Assembly (NCBI RefSeq): GCF_032062105.1
Contig: NW_026930103.1
Coordinates: forward strand, 496,001 to 560,000
Source: Saccostrea cucullata
Taxonomy: Eukaryota
DNA: 64,000 bases
Reading direction: 5' to 3'
Position 1 is the stretch's first letter. Each line of letters starts with the position of its first letter. The translations under genes were made by a program, and so were the position numbers. The notes beneath the pieces were generated by a model. That model made no database searches. It was given only the letters and a program-made list of their open reading frames with translations, and was not told the origin of the DNA. Below are positions 25,944 to 40,900 of the stretch, piece by piece.

Positions 25944-28900
25944 ATGAAAAAAATAAAAGAGCTACTATGTATTATCGCAATTTATATTTATCAAGTCAGA
26001 AGCGTGGACGAGAGAGGTAAATAAAATCTATCTAATAAGTCATTATTTAACATAAAGAATAATAGGTTTTTTATTCTTACATAGCATTTAATTGCATATT
26101 TTTAAAAATAAAAAGTGCACACATAGCATCTTTGTTATTGCTTTTGTACTGTAAACTCATGATTTATCACTGAATAATTAGTAAAGTTTAAATGATTAGG
26201 TTCTTTAACATTCGACCTAAGTTTTACATCATCAGTAAATTTAATTTATATTAATTATTCAAGAAATTGTTAAGTTGAAATCAATATGAAGAAGAAATAT
26301 TAATTTAAATTTTAAAACATTTTTACAGGATGCAAAGGCTTAATGGAGTTAGTGGTCATTATAGACGGGTCGGACAGTATCAATAAACCCGATTATGATT
26401 CCTTAAAATCCTCAATGGCCACCTTAGTGCAAAAATTAGACATTCAAGAAACAGAAATCCGCATATCGTTCATTGTCTTCAGTTCAGACATTGCATTGGA
26501 GACAGACATGATGGGGGACAAACAACAGGCGATAAACACAGCCGCCACATTACCCCACCCCAGGGATGGGACCAAAACATGGTTGGCACTGGAGGCAATG
26601 GTGTAAGTTCCCCATGGTTTTGAATCCTTCATTTTTTTTATGGTTAATCACTTAAGAAGGTTATGTAAGGAACATACTGAAAACAATTAAGTAATTCTAA
26701 AATTATGTATAGGATATATTGAGCTCTTAAAAGACGGAAGTGGTAGACAAAAAACGATCAAAAATAAATAAAATAAATATCATACCTACCGGTATCTTAT
26801 TAAAAATTTCAATCAAAGACCAGTTTTCATTTGGTGTTAATAAACCATTTCTTATATATTAATGAAAATAAAAGAATAGAAAACTGAGGGGAAATTTAAA
26901 AAAATTAAGCTTCAGTTAAACTGAATTTGACTGCGGAATGTTCCGTCCATCTGATCAATATAAGGGGCTTACGTTGGTATTGACTGTTCAACAGGAGATG
27001 CTTGCTCCTTCTAGGCAACTGATCCCACCTCTGTATTTTCAAGGAATCCGTGTTTTGTGCACTCTTTACATATTTGTATTGTTTATAGATTATTTTTTTT
27101 TAGATCGATCGGCATTCGTTGTCTTCAACTGTTACATCAAGTAAACTTTAATTCGTGTTTTTTCTTTCCTTTCCAGAGGAGTTATAGATAGAGGTCGCAC
27201 CCCAGGCCGCAAAGATGTGCCTGTAGTTGGCGTGGTGCTTACTGACGGAATATCAAAGGATGAAGCAAAAACCAGGCAAGCTGCCAAAGCTTTAAAAGAC
27301 ATGGGAGTGACAATGTACGCTATTGGTGTAACAGACATCAAGAATAAGAAAGAACTGAACGATATAGCCTCAGGGAGTGAAAAAGTCATCACTTTCCAAT
27401 CTTTTTCCGAGTTGGCAGAGAAATTGGAATCTCTTGTAAAACTTGTCTGTCCTAGTAAGTGTTTGAGAATAAATCTGTTTTTCTTTCCTTGATAACTAAA
27501 TTATGTCAAACTATTAATGGAGACAACTGCTGAATCTGCTGTGGTCAATTAGTCTTTTTCTATAATATCGAATAAAAATTTGAATCTTCAACTGGTATTC
27601 GCTTGCTTCATCACTTGATTTAATTTAACCTAATCTAATGAAGTCTGATGATATCAGTTTTTCTTTTTTTCGATTTACCTTAATACATACCTTTGTTTTG
27701 CAGAATGTCCTCCAAATCCCCTTCTTGCACACTCAGACACCCAACAAGGAGACTACATTGTGGACACAGTGTTGGAGTATCATTGTATGCCGGACTATGT
27801 ACCAGTGGGAAATAACACCATCTTGTGTCAAAGGGATCTTACATGGACAAAACTTGATTATGCCTGCAAATGTAAATTACATTCTTTGTCATAAAAGTAA
27901 ATCTCAGCATTCGACCACCGTCAATCAAAAAGATAAGTGAATCAAAATTAAAGATACTAAAAAATGAAACCTTATTATCTTGTAAAAATAATAGACTTGA
28001 ATTTGTTAATATTAACATATTTTACTGACAATATAAAAAAACCAAATTGGACACAAAAACAGGAAATCCCCTCCCTCTTCTCAAGTTTTTTTAGTATGGG
28101 TTCTGTAACTTTAAAATGACATGCTTATCCTTCCAGCTGACTGTGGCGCTCCTCCTGTTTTGGATCATACAATCCTGGATATACCAGGCAGACTTGAAGG
28201 ATCAAAGACAAAGTATCAGTGTACCAGAGGATCTGTTCTAGAAGGAACACCAGAAACTGTCTGTCAGGAAAACGGACAGTGGTCCAGACCCACCTTCAAA
28301 TGTCGAGGTAAGCCAACTTTTATTTCAATAAAAAGAACACGAAAAATTGTATGGAACAATTAAAAATGTAAGCCAAAAATGGAAAAGCAGTTGGCGTAAA
28401 AATACAACTTCCATTTTGACTGATTTGTTGGTCTTCTGAAAAAGAATTCAAAAATGTAATCAAGCAACAAATAATTGGGATGTGATGACATATCTATTCC
28501 AGCCGACTGTGGATTGCCAAACATCATAAAACATGCTATACTGAGTGACGGAGGTCAACTAGAGGGTGACAAAAGAACATACACATGTGATGCAACAACC
28601 ACTGTACAAGAAGGAAACCCCACCATAGTGTGTCAGAATAATGGAGAATGGTCCGTAACAGACCTTTACTGTAGACGTAAGTATTCTATTGCCATATTAA
28701 TATAGATTGTAGATGGATGTCTGATTGCTTTAAAGATTTTTATCTTGCACAGGGTACATGTACTGCTGGAGTGTTGTTAACATTGTCACTTTGTAAACGA
28801 TAAGTATTTTACACTATTAGCAGAATATTTGAAGACATCTGTCACCCTGCCTTTGTTTAGGCTGTAATGGAATAAAGTTATGTGCATTGTGATGAAATAT

Positions 28901-31900
28901 TTTCATTATTGGCATTTTATAGCTAATTGTGGTTATCCACCCAAAATTGAACGAGCTACGATATCCGCTGGTGGATTATTAGAAGGTGTCACACGTACAT
29001 ACACCTGTAACGTAGGTACAGTCACAGAAGGCAAAACAATGATAACATGTGGTCCCGACGGAAAATGGTCTGCCACCAACCTTTACTGCAGGCGTTAGTA
29101 TCAATTAATTTTTTACAAGTATTCTGTTATAAGTTAACAGATTACAGTTCATCTTGGAGTATCAAAGAAGAAAACAAGTGTTGAAAAAAAAACAATGCAA
29201 AAATTGTTCAATTCAAAGTATTTTAAAAATATCAAGTTTGATGATAAATATTTTTTATTTTTCAAACAGCTGATTGTGGACCACCACCAAATATAGAACG
29301 TGCGATAATTAAAGAACACAACGTGGTTATAGAAGGCGTCAGGCTTCCCGGTACACTGGAAGGAGTCACGAGGTACTACCAATGTCAACCAAATACTGTG
29401 GCCGAAGGACTGACCAGTACTACCTGTCAGCTGAACGGACAATGGACAGTTACCAATCTTTACTGTAGACGTAAGTAAAAGTACCAGTAGTTGTTGTAAC
29501 CTACTTTGCAAACAATCAAAAATATTGACGTTTACATTTCAAATATATTTGATCAAAAAATGTTTTATAAATATATTGATTCCACAAATTGAAAGTCAAA
29601 ATGATTTTGCTGCTTTATTTCTATAGAAAACTTCTATCTTCTATCTATAACTTTCTATAGAAAATCTAAATTGGACAATATTTAATAAAGATATGTTTAA
29701 TCAAAAAACTTAAACAATTGAAGAGATTATACTGGTATTCTAATTATTTATATATCTTTCTTTTATAAAGCTAATTGTGGCAATCCCCCAACCATTGAGA
29801 GAAGTACCGTGACTTTTGAGGGAACACTGCAGGGTCATAGCGCCACCTATACTTGCGTACAAAATACTCACACAGAGGGATCCACAAATATCGTCTGCCA
29901 AATTGATGGAACCTGGTCATCCACTAATCTTTTCTGCAGACGTAAGTCTACTTTTAAATCTACTGAAACAAAAGTATTTATTCTGTATTAACTAACCATC
30001 GGAATCTTGAGCCTTTTAGCGTTAAAACAAGGTTCGTGTTTTCACTACATGTAAATATCATGCATTTTCAGCCGATTGTGGGCCACCACCGGTAATCGAA
30101 CGATCCATAATTTCTCCTGGAGACAATAAGCAGGGAACAACAAGAACGTATAGTTGTCTTAGCAGTACTGTTATGGAAGGAAATCCAGCAATTACTTGTG
30201 GAATGAATGGAATGTGGTCACAAACAAACCTATACTGTCGCCGTGAGTATTCTTAATTCACATTTCCAGATTTCAATGCAAGTTTTAAATGCCTGTTAAT
30301 AGTAAATGCATTTGGGTTGAATATATCTATAGCTTGTTGATTGTTAAGAAAGTGTGAAAAATCATTTTCTTTGTGTATATTTAGCTGACTGTGGACCACC
30401 ACCAATGGTTGAGCGTGCCGTAATCTTAGATTACAATAAGGTCATAGAAGGTGTACGGCTACCTGGAACTCTAGAGGGAGTAACTAGATATTACGAATGT
30501 CAAGCAAATACCGTTGCTGAGGGACTGACCAGTACAACTTGTCAAGTGGATGGAACATGGTCTTCTACAGGATTATATTGTCGACGTATGTAATAAAGTT
30601 TATAATTATTTCTTCTTCTAAGGTCAAAACTTACAAAAATATACAACAAGAAGTCTTTTAAGGATTTCTTTCGATGGATCCAGCAGATAATTAAATAAAT
30701 CAAAGATTTAACACCATTTGAATTACTGTTTTCTAACATGTAATTTTAATAAGTATCAATTTCCATCTATAGCTAATTGTGGTAAACCACCAGTTATTGA
30801 AAGAAGTACCGTGACTTACGTCGAAACATTGGAAGGACAAACAGCTACCTACACGTGTGCACAGAACACAAGAACAGAGGGCTCCACAACGATAACGTGT
30901 CAAAACGACGGAACCTGGTCATCTACTTCTCTTTATTGCAGACGTAAGTGAGCTTATAGGATCAGTAAAATGGATATTTTGTGCTATCTTCATTTTCATT
31001 TTTGAACATGGCAAAATATGACCAAGATGATTGCTTTTCAACGTCTTATTTTTTACATTTTCTAGCCAATTGTGGACCACCACCAATGATACTTAGAGCC
31101 AAGATTTCCAAAGGCGATACATATGAGGGAACAGTAAGAACATACACATGTATGAGAAACACTGTCACGGAGGGGACACCAACCATTACTTGTGGCATTG
31201 ATGGACAGTGGTCAAAGACAAACTTGTACTGCAGACGTAAGTATAAGACAATTTATCTCAGGTTGTAGGTTTTTTGAGTAAATAAAGGGAACAAGGATGT
31301 AGTTCTATCTCTACGTGCATGTATCTGCTGTGTCTGGAGTTGTGTGAGTCTTTGTTGATTTGGGGAGTCGTCTGATTGGAGCGTCTTCTAATTTTAAGGA
31401 AAAAGACGAAACTCATCAGACTCATCCTCGGACAGCTCGTCCTCAGAGGAAGACGAAGAATCCACAACTCCAAGGCGCAGGCGTAGACGGAAGTGTTGTC
31501 GTAGCTTGCTCAATAAATGTTGTCGTAGAAAGTGTCTGAGGTCGTCTAGGTGCAGGTCGAGGCTTAGGAGTACAGTACAGCCGATCAGAAATGCTTACAT
31601 TCCAGAGGAGGAAGAGATGGACTTCAAGATTGATACACAGTATCAAATCAATGATGCAATTGATCTTAAAGAAAGCGATGATGACGACATATGATGACGA
31701 CATATAATATGGCAATACAGAACTGTTGTTTTTTTGGACACTGAAATCAACTATTCTGTGTGCCACAAAACTCTCTAACCTTTCTTTGTTGTATTTAAAA
31801 ATCTAAAGTATTCTTTTGTTTTGTTGGGCACATGTCCTTGTTAATTGAAACCTCAGAAGGTATTGAAAACAAGTATATGCCTTTCAGTATTCATGTAATT

Positions 31901-34900
31901 AAGTTTGAATTCTTCTTCGATGTGCTCAGGTCTTGTTCATTAGTATTCACTAAGTATTGCACATGTTACGCTATTTACGTTTTCTTATCTGTTATCTTTT
32001 ACTATTGTTTTGTTGAAATGGCACCATTTAGTATTCAAATATGGAGAGTCACTAGTATAGTATTAAGTTTTACTGTTTTATTTTGTTGTTTCTTCTTTGT
32101 TATTTAATCAGAATAAATTGCAAATGAATCTCCTGACTTATTTTTCATCGATAAAATAAAATATCCGATCTTCCAAGCAAAATACAAATATCTTCATTAT
32201 TAGTTATCTTAAAAAGCATAAAACTCCCTTTGAACAAATGATTTTACTGGCGGACTGCTGTTGTAGCGGACTGTGGTGAACCTATGAAGATAGAACGAGC
32301 AACCATTAACCAAGGGTCAACACTCGAGGGAGATGTCCGGACATACACATGTAACCAGCAAACTGTCACAGAGGGGGAAACTCGGATAACGTGCTTAGAA
32401 TCTGGATTCTGGTCAAATACAAGTCTTTATTGTCGACGTAAGTGCTTTCACTATATTTCCATTACCTATATTTATTGTCATTTCTATTATCCATTCGCAA
32501 ACAAAATTTGTAAGGCAAATGAAAAGAATCGGAAACAATGAAACGCTCAATATCTGTCTCTCGAAGTATGCATGATATTGGAGATACTGGAGATTCCAGA
32601 ATGCAGTTTGATTCAGATCCTCAGGTTTATAAAATTAGCAGTTAAGTAATCAACAATACTCATAAAAGTATCTCTGAATCAACAAAATTATGTAAATTTG
32701 TCCACAGTATTTCGTTAAAGTTAAAGATTAAAGTTAATCATATTATATAGGGAAAATTGCCAAATCTCCAATATTTCTGCAGAAAAAAGCGTATTGGAAC
32801 ATCTGCAATGTATTTTCTAATTGCAAATTGATCAACAAATATATTTTAGGTTTAAAAACGATAGTTATCCAGGCATTCAGAGAAATTGTCATGATTTTTG
32901 TATTTATTTGATATTTTTTGTTTTCTATTTCCGTCATATATTCTATAGTAAATAGTGTAAAAGGCTTTTGCTATCATTGCAATCAAGACACCACAAATCA
33001 CTTCGTATTTCATATCATGCAAATAAGCATTGGTATCTAAGCCTGGATTCAAGAAAATCTTATTTCTCTAAAACTGTATTAATTTTTTTCCTTTTATAGG
33101 GTACAGATATCAACTTTTATAAGTCCTTTTCTTAGATTTCCAAAACCCTTGTATCTTATAAAGATGAATAAAATGAAAATTTGTTGCATGAAAAAATTAA
33201 ATTTCAAGCTTCATTTTGATGCATTTCAAATTAATTATCAATTTTTGGAGTTATCCTTCCTGGCTGAGGATCGGATATCCTTAAACTGACAAACATACTA
33301 CGCACCCATAAAAGATCTTCAGTTAATATGATTTTTTTTCTTTGTCTCAGCGGATTGTGGAGAACCTCCATTGATAGACAGAGCCAGTTTGGATGTAGGA
33401 AAGACTGTAGAGGGCGTCATCAGAACGTACACCTGTCAGGTAAAAACTGTGACGGAGGGGTCCAGAGAGATCAGATGTGAAATCACCGGTCTCTGGTCAA
33501 CGAGCAACTTGTATTGTCGACGTAAGTACTTTTTCAGCAATTTTGTTTCATCATTGACTTATCAATATTTTATGAGCATGTTAGTCGTTTAAACAAGTAA
33601 AAAAAAAAACATAAAATTTTTAATATATCAACTATCAACTTTCTTTTCAGCGGATTGCGGACCACCTCCAGTGATTGAAAGATCAACTGTCTCCGTTGGA
33701 AACAATTTACAGGGAACTACTCGAACATACGCTTGTGATCAGAACACAGTAACGGAGGGGGAGACTTCAACAGAATGTCAGATAGATGGAACCTGGTCCC
33801 AGATCAATCTCTACTGCAGACGTAAGTCAACTACATCTAAACCCTTATATTAAAAATATGAACTCAAAATAAATATACAAAGATAACAAACAGTATTCAA
33901 GCTCAAAAGTCCATTAGATAATATAAAATTGATAGAAAGCGAACACGGACCTCCAAAATATCAAAGGTGGAATAAGATACAATTGAGGAGTTAGCACCTC
34001 CTGTCCTTTATATTTTCTAATAGTTTTAATCAATTTCACAGCGTTAGTATTTACTTCCTGGTTGTGATGACTACGCAGGCAAAAATACTTGATCTTCAGT
34101 TTATATGATTTTCCTACTTTTAAGCGGATTGTGGAGAGCCTCCTTTGATAGACAGAGCCAGTGTTGATGTAGGCAAGACAGTAGAGGGCGTCATCAGAAC
34201 GTACACCTGTCAGGGTAAAACTGTGACGGAGGGGTCCAGGAAGATCAGATGTGAAATCACCGGTCTCTGGTCAACTAGCAGTCTGTATTGTCGACGTATG
34301 TACTTCGCACTTTCTCAGTAATATTTATTTCATTATTAACAATTTTTCTTGGCCTGTGAATCGTTTAAACATGTTACGAACGAATTAAAGCTTACACAAT
34401 TCAAAATCAAGCAAGTTTCGGGAAGATTTTCAGTTACCAAAAGAAGAAACAAAACAAAATTTTAAAAATATCAACTTTCTTTTCAGCGGATTGCGGACCA
34501 CCTCCAGTGATCAAGAGATCAACAATTTCCGTTGGAAACAATTTACAAGGAACAATCCGAAGGTACACTTGTGATCAGAACACAGTAACGGAGGGGGAGA
34601 CTTCAACAGAATGTCAGATTGATGGAACCTGGTCCCAGACAAATCTCTACTGCAGACGTAAGTCAACTACATCTAAACCTTTTTTATGGAAAAGAAAATT
34701 TATTCTCCAAATTCTTAAATGAATTTGACGAATTGTTTTTTTTTTAATTTAGCCGATTGTGGTGATCCTTATCCAATTCCACGCGCCATCATAAGTGCTG
34801 GTTCCAATTTGGAAGGGTCTAGCAGAATCTACACCTGCAATCAAAACACACGCACAGAGGGAGAAACTACAATAAGATGTGAAGAAACCGGATTGTGGTC

Positions 34901-37900
34901 CCTGACCAACCTGTACTGCAGACGTAAGCTACACCTAAAAATATATTTTCACCTAAATCCTGCTAATCTTGCAAAAATATTTTTCCTATATTGTTAATAA
35001 AGTAACTACGTAAATAATTATTAACAGCCAACTGTGGTGAACCTCAACCAATTCTACGTGCCACCATTAGTGCAGGAGGGACCCACGAGGGCGACAAGAG
35101 GATGTATACTTGTAACCAACAAACAGTAACGGAGGGAAATACTGAAATCCATTGTCAGCCTAACGGACAATGGTCCACCACCAATCTCTACTGCAGACGT
35201 GAGTTGATTCATAATTATACGAACTATTTGTCACAACATTCTGCAAAATCCAGCAGAAATTAATTTAATGTTTCTGAAATTTTTGATGAATGAAACCAGT
35301 TTAAAATGAGAATTTCATTGCTGCAATTTTTGAAGTGTCAAGTTTGTCAAGGACAGTCAAATATTTCACTTAATTTGGGTTAATGTATATATTTAGAAAT
35401 TTTTGCAAATTGTAACAAGGCCATTTCTTACAAAAAATGTATAAGAAAGACTTCAAAAAAGGAAAAAATCTGAGAAATAAAACAGCCTTATACTTAACTT
35501 CTAAAGTAATAGGTCACAGAAGATAATGAATGCGACTTTGAAATTTAACAACTATTAAAATTTTTCCTTTAGTAATTATAATTATTATATTTAATAGAAA
35601 TTCATGCCAAATACATTTAGGTGTTTTTTTTAAATATGTCTGCAGAAAGTCAGTTATATTCTCTTTTCTTTGCACTCTTCAGCCGACTGCTTAGAACCAC
35701 CCAAGATTGACCGAGCGATTATTAGCGTGGGTAGAACAGTAGAAGGAACCACTCGCACATACACTTGTAATCCAGGGAGCCACACAGAGGGCACCACCAC
35801 TATTATATGTCAACAAAGTGGAGCTTGGTCAGCGACTAACCTCTACTGCAGACGTAAGTGATTCATATCTTTTGCAACTCTTAACCTTTAGTAGAACTCT
35901 GAATACATGTAACAGCGAGTCCTTTTTGGTTTAACCAGTTTTACGTTTATAAAAAGAATAATTTGTCAGAAAAAATATGCAAAACTCAAACTAGACAAAT
36001 CGCTGTGTTTCAAAGGATCAATTTAAAGATACTGCTATAAAAAATCTGTACCATTGTTTAATGCTACTTTTTAATCAGCTGACTGTGGCAATCCACCCAT
36101 TGTGGCAAGATCGAGCATTTCACTTGGCAACAACTTAGAAGGTACGACACGTTACTACACATGCGCAGAAAATACTGTGGCAGAAGGGCTTAAAGAGACA
36201 ACTTGTCAGATTGATGGAACCTGGACGGTTACAAACTTATACTGCAGACGTAAGTCTTCCACCTCGATCAGTAATTACCGTATATAAACACCTTTTTACA
36301 AGAAAATAAATAACTTCAGATTATAACTGGGAAATTGAATTTGTGGAATCACCTCATTTGAGAACTGAACTTATTTTATGTTATATTATATAATACATTC
36401 TTACATTAAAAATGAGCTCGAGAATCACTTAAGTGAGAGAGATAACTTTAAATCTTTTAAAAACCTTATGAAATTCAGTTTCGGATTAAAGTTCTTGAAA
36501 AAAATTCAAGTTTGAAGTCTATAATAAAAAAAATTAATATGTTTATTTGAATACATTATCAGTATAATATATAAATTTTGTTTTAAAAATTAGCAAACTG
36601 TGGAATGCCAATGAACATCCCTAGATCAACTATATCTCCTGGAAACACACTCGAAGGAACCGTCAGAACTTATACTTGCGACGAAAATACCGTAACAGAG
36701 GGACCCACAGAAACTGTCTGTCAGTTAAATGGACAGTGGTCACTAACAGCAATGGATTTATACTGTAGACGTAAGTACAAGCAAATTATGCATTCATAAT
36801 AATGTCTGGTGCAAACAATACCTCTAAGAAGACCCACTACCGCCAATTAGTTGTTTAATCAATTAAAAAACATTATTTTTTACTCATCTATTAGCTGACT
36901 GTGGAGAACCTATGCCAATCAATCGCGCGACAATAGCGCCAGGAAGCAATCTAGAAGGTTCCACCCGTTTCTACAGCTGCGCATCAAATACCGTAGCAGA
37001 AGGACAGCTTAACATTATTTGTCAGAAAGACGGAATGTGGTCAATGACTAACTTATATTGCAGACGTAAGGCTGAAATTGAAAATTTATTTCAAATATTT
37101 TATAAAGGCAAAAAGTCTTCTTAAGTAAACATCTGGTTAACATCTGTCCTTCACCTTTTCAAGCCAATTGCGGTATCCCTGACACTATACCTCGCGGTGG
37201 TCTTAAATATGAATCAACCTTGGAGGGTGCAGTAGCTACTTATTCCTGTGCCTCAAACACCGTACTGGAGGGTGGTTCTACAATTGTTTGCCAGGGAGAT
37301 GGACGCTGGTCAAATATAACTACATACTGTCGGCGTTAGTATTTTGTGGTTAATCTTTTAAATAAAAAAAAAAATTGTACTTCATTTAAAAGTAATCAAA
37401 CATTTTGAATACATGTAAATATATTATAAATGTGAAGTATAATAAATAATACATTTCAAATCTTTTTAAAAATTTGTTAAACTAATATTATGCCTAATAA
37501 TTTCAAATAATAATACATGCTCTTTAATGAAATTCTTAAAAGGTAATACGTTGTTAACGATGTTAATTATTTATTTTTCATTCATCAAGATTTTTATTTG
37601 AATTTAATAAATGTGGACATAATATATTTTTAAAGCAAATTGTGGAGAACCTCCAATCATACCTCGCTCTACTGTGTCTGTTGGGGGCACACTGGAAGAA
37701 GATACTAGGACATACACGTGTGACGTTGGAACAGTCGCAGAATCCGGACCCTCACAGATTGTGTGTCAGAAAAACGGGCTCTGGTCATCCACTGACTTGT
37801 ACTGCAGGCGTATGTAAATAAAATTTAAATCTAAATGAAAAGATGAATCGGTTTATATGATAAACAAAGTAAGGATGACTTTTTTAAAACTAAAGATTTA

Positions 37901-40900
37901 AGAATTTCTTTGTAAAAACAGCCGACTGTGGTGCTCCTCCAGTTATTCCCAGAGCCACAATATCACCAGGTAGTAACCTGGAAGAGAGTATAAGAGTGTA
38001 CACATGTGACGCCAACACCTTGACACAGGGTATCATCAACATTAGGTGCGATCGTAACGGACAATGGTCAACTACCGACCTATACTGCAGACGTAAGTGA
38101 ATGTCTCTTGTCTTCTTATCTCCACGAAATATTTAAAAAAATCATGAGAAAAAAATTCAAAAAGCTTACATTGACAAAACAGTATGAAAGTTCCAAAATT
38201 TTACTTTTAGCAATCTGTGGAAGACCGCCGTTGATAGAGCGGGCCTCCTTTTATGCCAATTCTACGGCGGAAGGAGGCGTAGCTTTGTATCAGTGTAGTA
38301 ACTGGACCGTCACGGAGGGATCAACATCCATCGTTTGTCAAAAGAATGGTCTTTGGTCAGAGACCGATTTGTACTGCAGACGTAAGAAGCACAATTAATA
38401 CTCATATTAATAAGTGGACATAATCAAATAATAAAAGCACATTAAAACATAACCATATATTTTTGTACTGGTCATGCTAATAGCTGCATGTATATGTTCC
38501 TTGGAATTTTGTTATAATATCTTCAAACTTTACAATTCGTAGAAACAATATTCTGTAATTATTATTAAATTTCGTATCTTCTTACAGCAAATTGTGGTCC
38601 ACCTCCCAATATTCCTAGATCCACCGTACAACCAGGGGATACAACAGAGGGTACCTCTCGATTTTATGTTTGCGATAAATCAACAAAAACTGAGGGAATT
38701 ACCGAAACCAAATGTCAAAAAGACGGAACTTGGTCCAAACTAGACATGTACTGTAGACGTAAGTGAACAGTTTAATTTTACATTAACTTTGGACCCAAGT
38801 ATTAATGACAAAATATGATTAAAAAGGAATTAAAGCCGAATAGCTTTTATTCAATTTCCTCAACGAGTTATCTTTCTTTTTTGAATTTAAAGATTTTAAT
38901 TATCAAATTTTCTTCGGTACTAAAGCTGACTGTGGCGCTCCTGTTTCTGTGGAGAACTCTAAAACAATTTACCCAACCTCTACGGTGGAGGGCACAAGAC
39001 TAACACTGGAGTGTGTAGCAGGGACGGTAGCAGAAGGAAACAATGAGGTGTTCTGTCAAAAAGACGGAACCTGGACAAAACCAACGCTATACTGTAGACG
39101 TAAGTCCAGAGTTAATTTACATATATCTGTACATACATGTAGATTACCAGACCAAAATCCCTCCAAAACAATTACTTTCAGAATTAATTTTTATAGACAC
39201 TATAACCGGAGAAAAGGTTTGAAATGGATTTTTTTCAGATTGAATCAAAGTATTATTTAATGATGTTTGCAAATATATTGTTATAATTCTTACAGCTGAT
39301 TGCAAAAAGCCATTCATGATACCAAGAGCAACAGCGCAGTACACTAGCACATTAGAGCAAGCTGTTGTCGTTTATGTTTGTAATCAAGGTACAGTAAGCG
39401 AGGGAGAGAATACCAGCGTTTGCAAACATGATGGGACATGGAGTGACGTAAATCTTTACTGCAGACGTAAGCAATTACTTGACAACAATAAAAATGCGTA
39501 TGCATACATAATATTAATTTTCTATAAATAGTATTTTGCGAGGCATTGATAGTTAAGTAAGACAGTTGATGTGTTAAAAATTTAAACATTTTTTCCCTAA
39601 TTTTTAGCTGAATGTGGACCTCCTCCAAAAATACAACGATCCACCATTACCGCCGGAAATTGGACAGAGGGATCCACCTTGACATACTGGTGTGATGAGG
39701 GAACAGTGACGGAGGGAAATCCATCAATCACGTGTCAGAGTAATGGGCTGTGGTCCGATACCAATTTGTACTGCAGACGTAAGATTATAAAACAATTTTT
39801 CTAATTATATCTCTCAATTTCGTTGATTCTCTCTCCCCCCCCCCTCCCAAAGAAAGGGTATAGGGTATTTACTTTTAATCGACAATAAATTGATGATGTT
39901 GATGATGATGATGATGCAATATTTTTTGCGTTCTTCAGCTGATTGTGGTGTTCCAAAACTCATTCATCGTGCGATCCTATCAGAAGGTGACACTTTAGAG
40001 GGGATAACTCGTACGTATACATGTACAGCTAATACTGTCGCTGAGGGCAAAACGACGATTGTGTGCCAGAATAATGGACAATGGTCTTCAACAAACTTAT
40101 ATTGCAGACGTAAGTGAAATCCCATAAGAACACATAGAAAATATACTAAAAGAATAATCATATAGCTTTGATATTTCCTAAATAACAATAAGATGTACTT
40201 AACTGATGATTTTAGCAAACTGTGGTGCACCACCTATGGTGGAGAGAGCCGTTGTGGACATGGATGGGTCGGCACTTGAGGGTGCCATAAGATATTACGC
40301 GTGTATCGGAGGATCTGTGCTGGAGGGCGAAAACAGCATCACTTGTGGGCAAGATGGACGCTGGTCTGATGTCAGAGTTTACTGCAGACGTAAGCTACAT
40401 ATATGAAAAGACAAAAAAAAAATTACATTGAATTTTGTTTGCTTATTTAACATAAATTTAATTCAAGTCAGATTCTTTATCCGAAGATGACACTGTATCA
40501 CAATACAATAATATTAAAGTTTATCAAGTTGACATTTTTTTGGGGAAAAAATATTCATGTACCAGTATGTTAATAAACAATTGAACAATATTTATAATAC
40601 AGCTAATTGCAACCAACCTCCACCGGTACCCCGAGCCACTGTCGATACCAGTACTGGTACTTTGGAAGGCAGCATTGCTGTTTACACATGTGACCGTAAA
40701 ACGGTTCAAGAAGGCTTTGGGGAAACTGTTTGTCAAAAGGATGGTACTTGGTCAAAAGTGGATCTTTATTGCAGACGTGAGTTCATGTCTAATTCAAGCG
40801 ACATTCTTAAATGGTTTTGGAATGATTTAGATTCTTATAGTATTTTATAGGAATCTGAATATGAAAACTTAATAAAAGGGATTGACAATAGGATTTCTTT

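Noticed and set aside
31443-31766. Minus-strand 107-aa ORF in the CCP10 intron
   Set aside because: GTG start, no domain features; the plus-strand frame explains the composition better.
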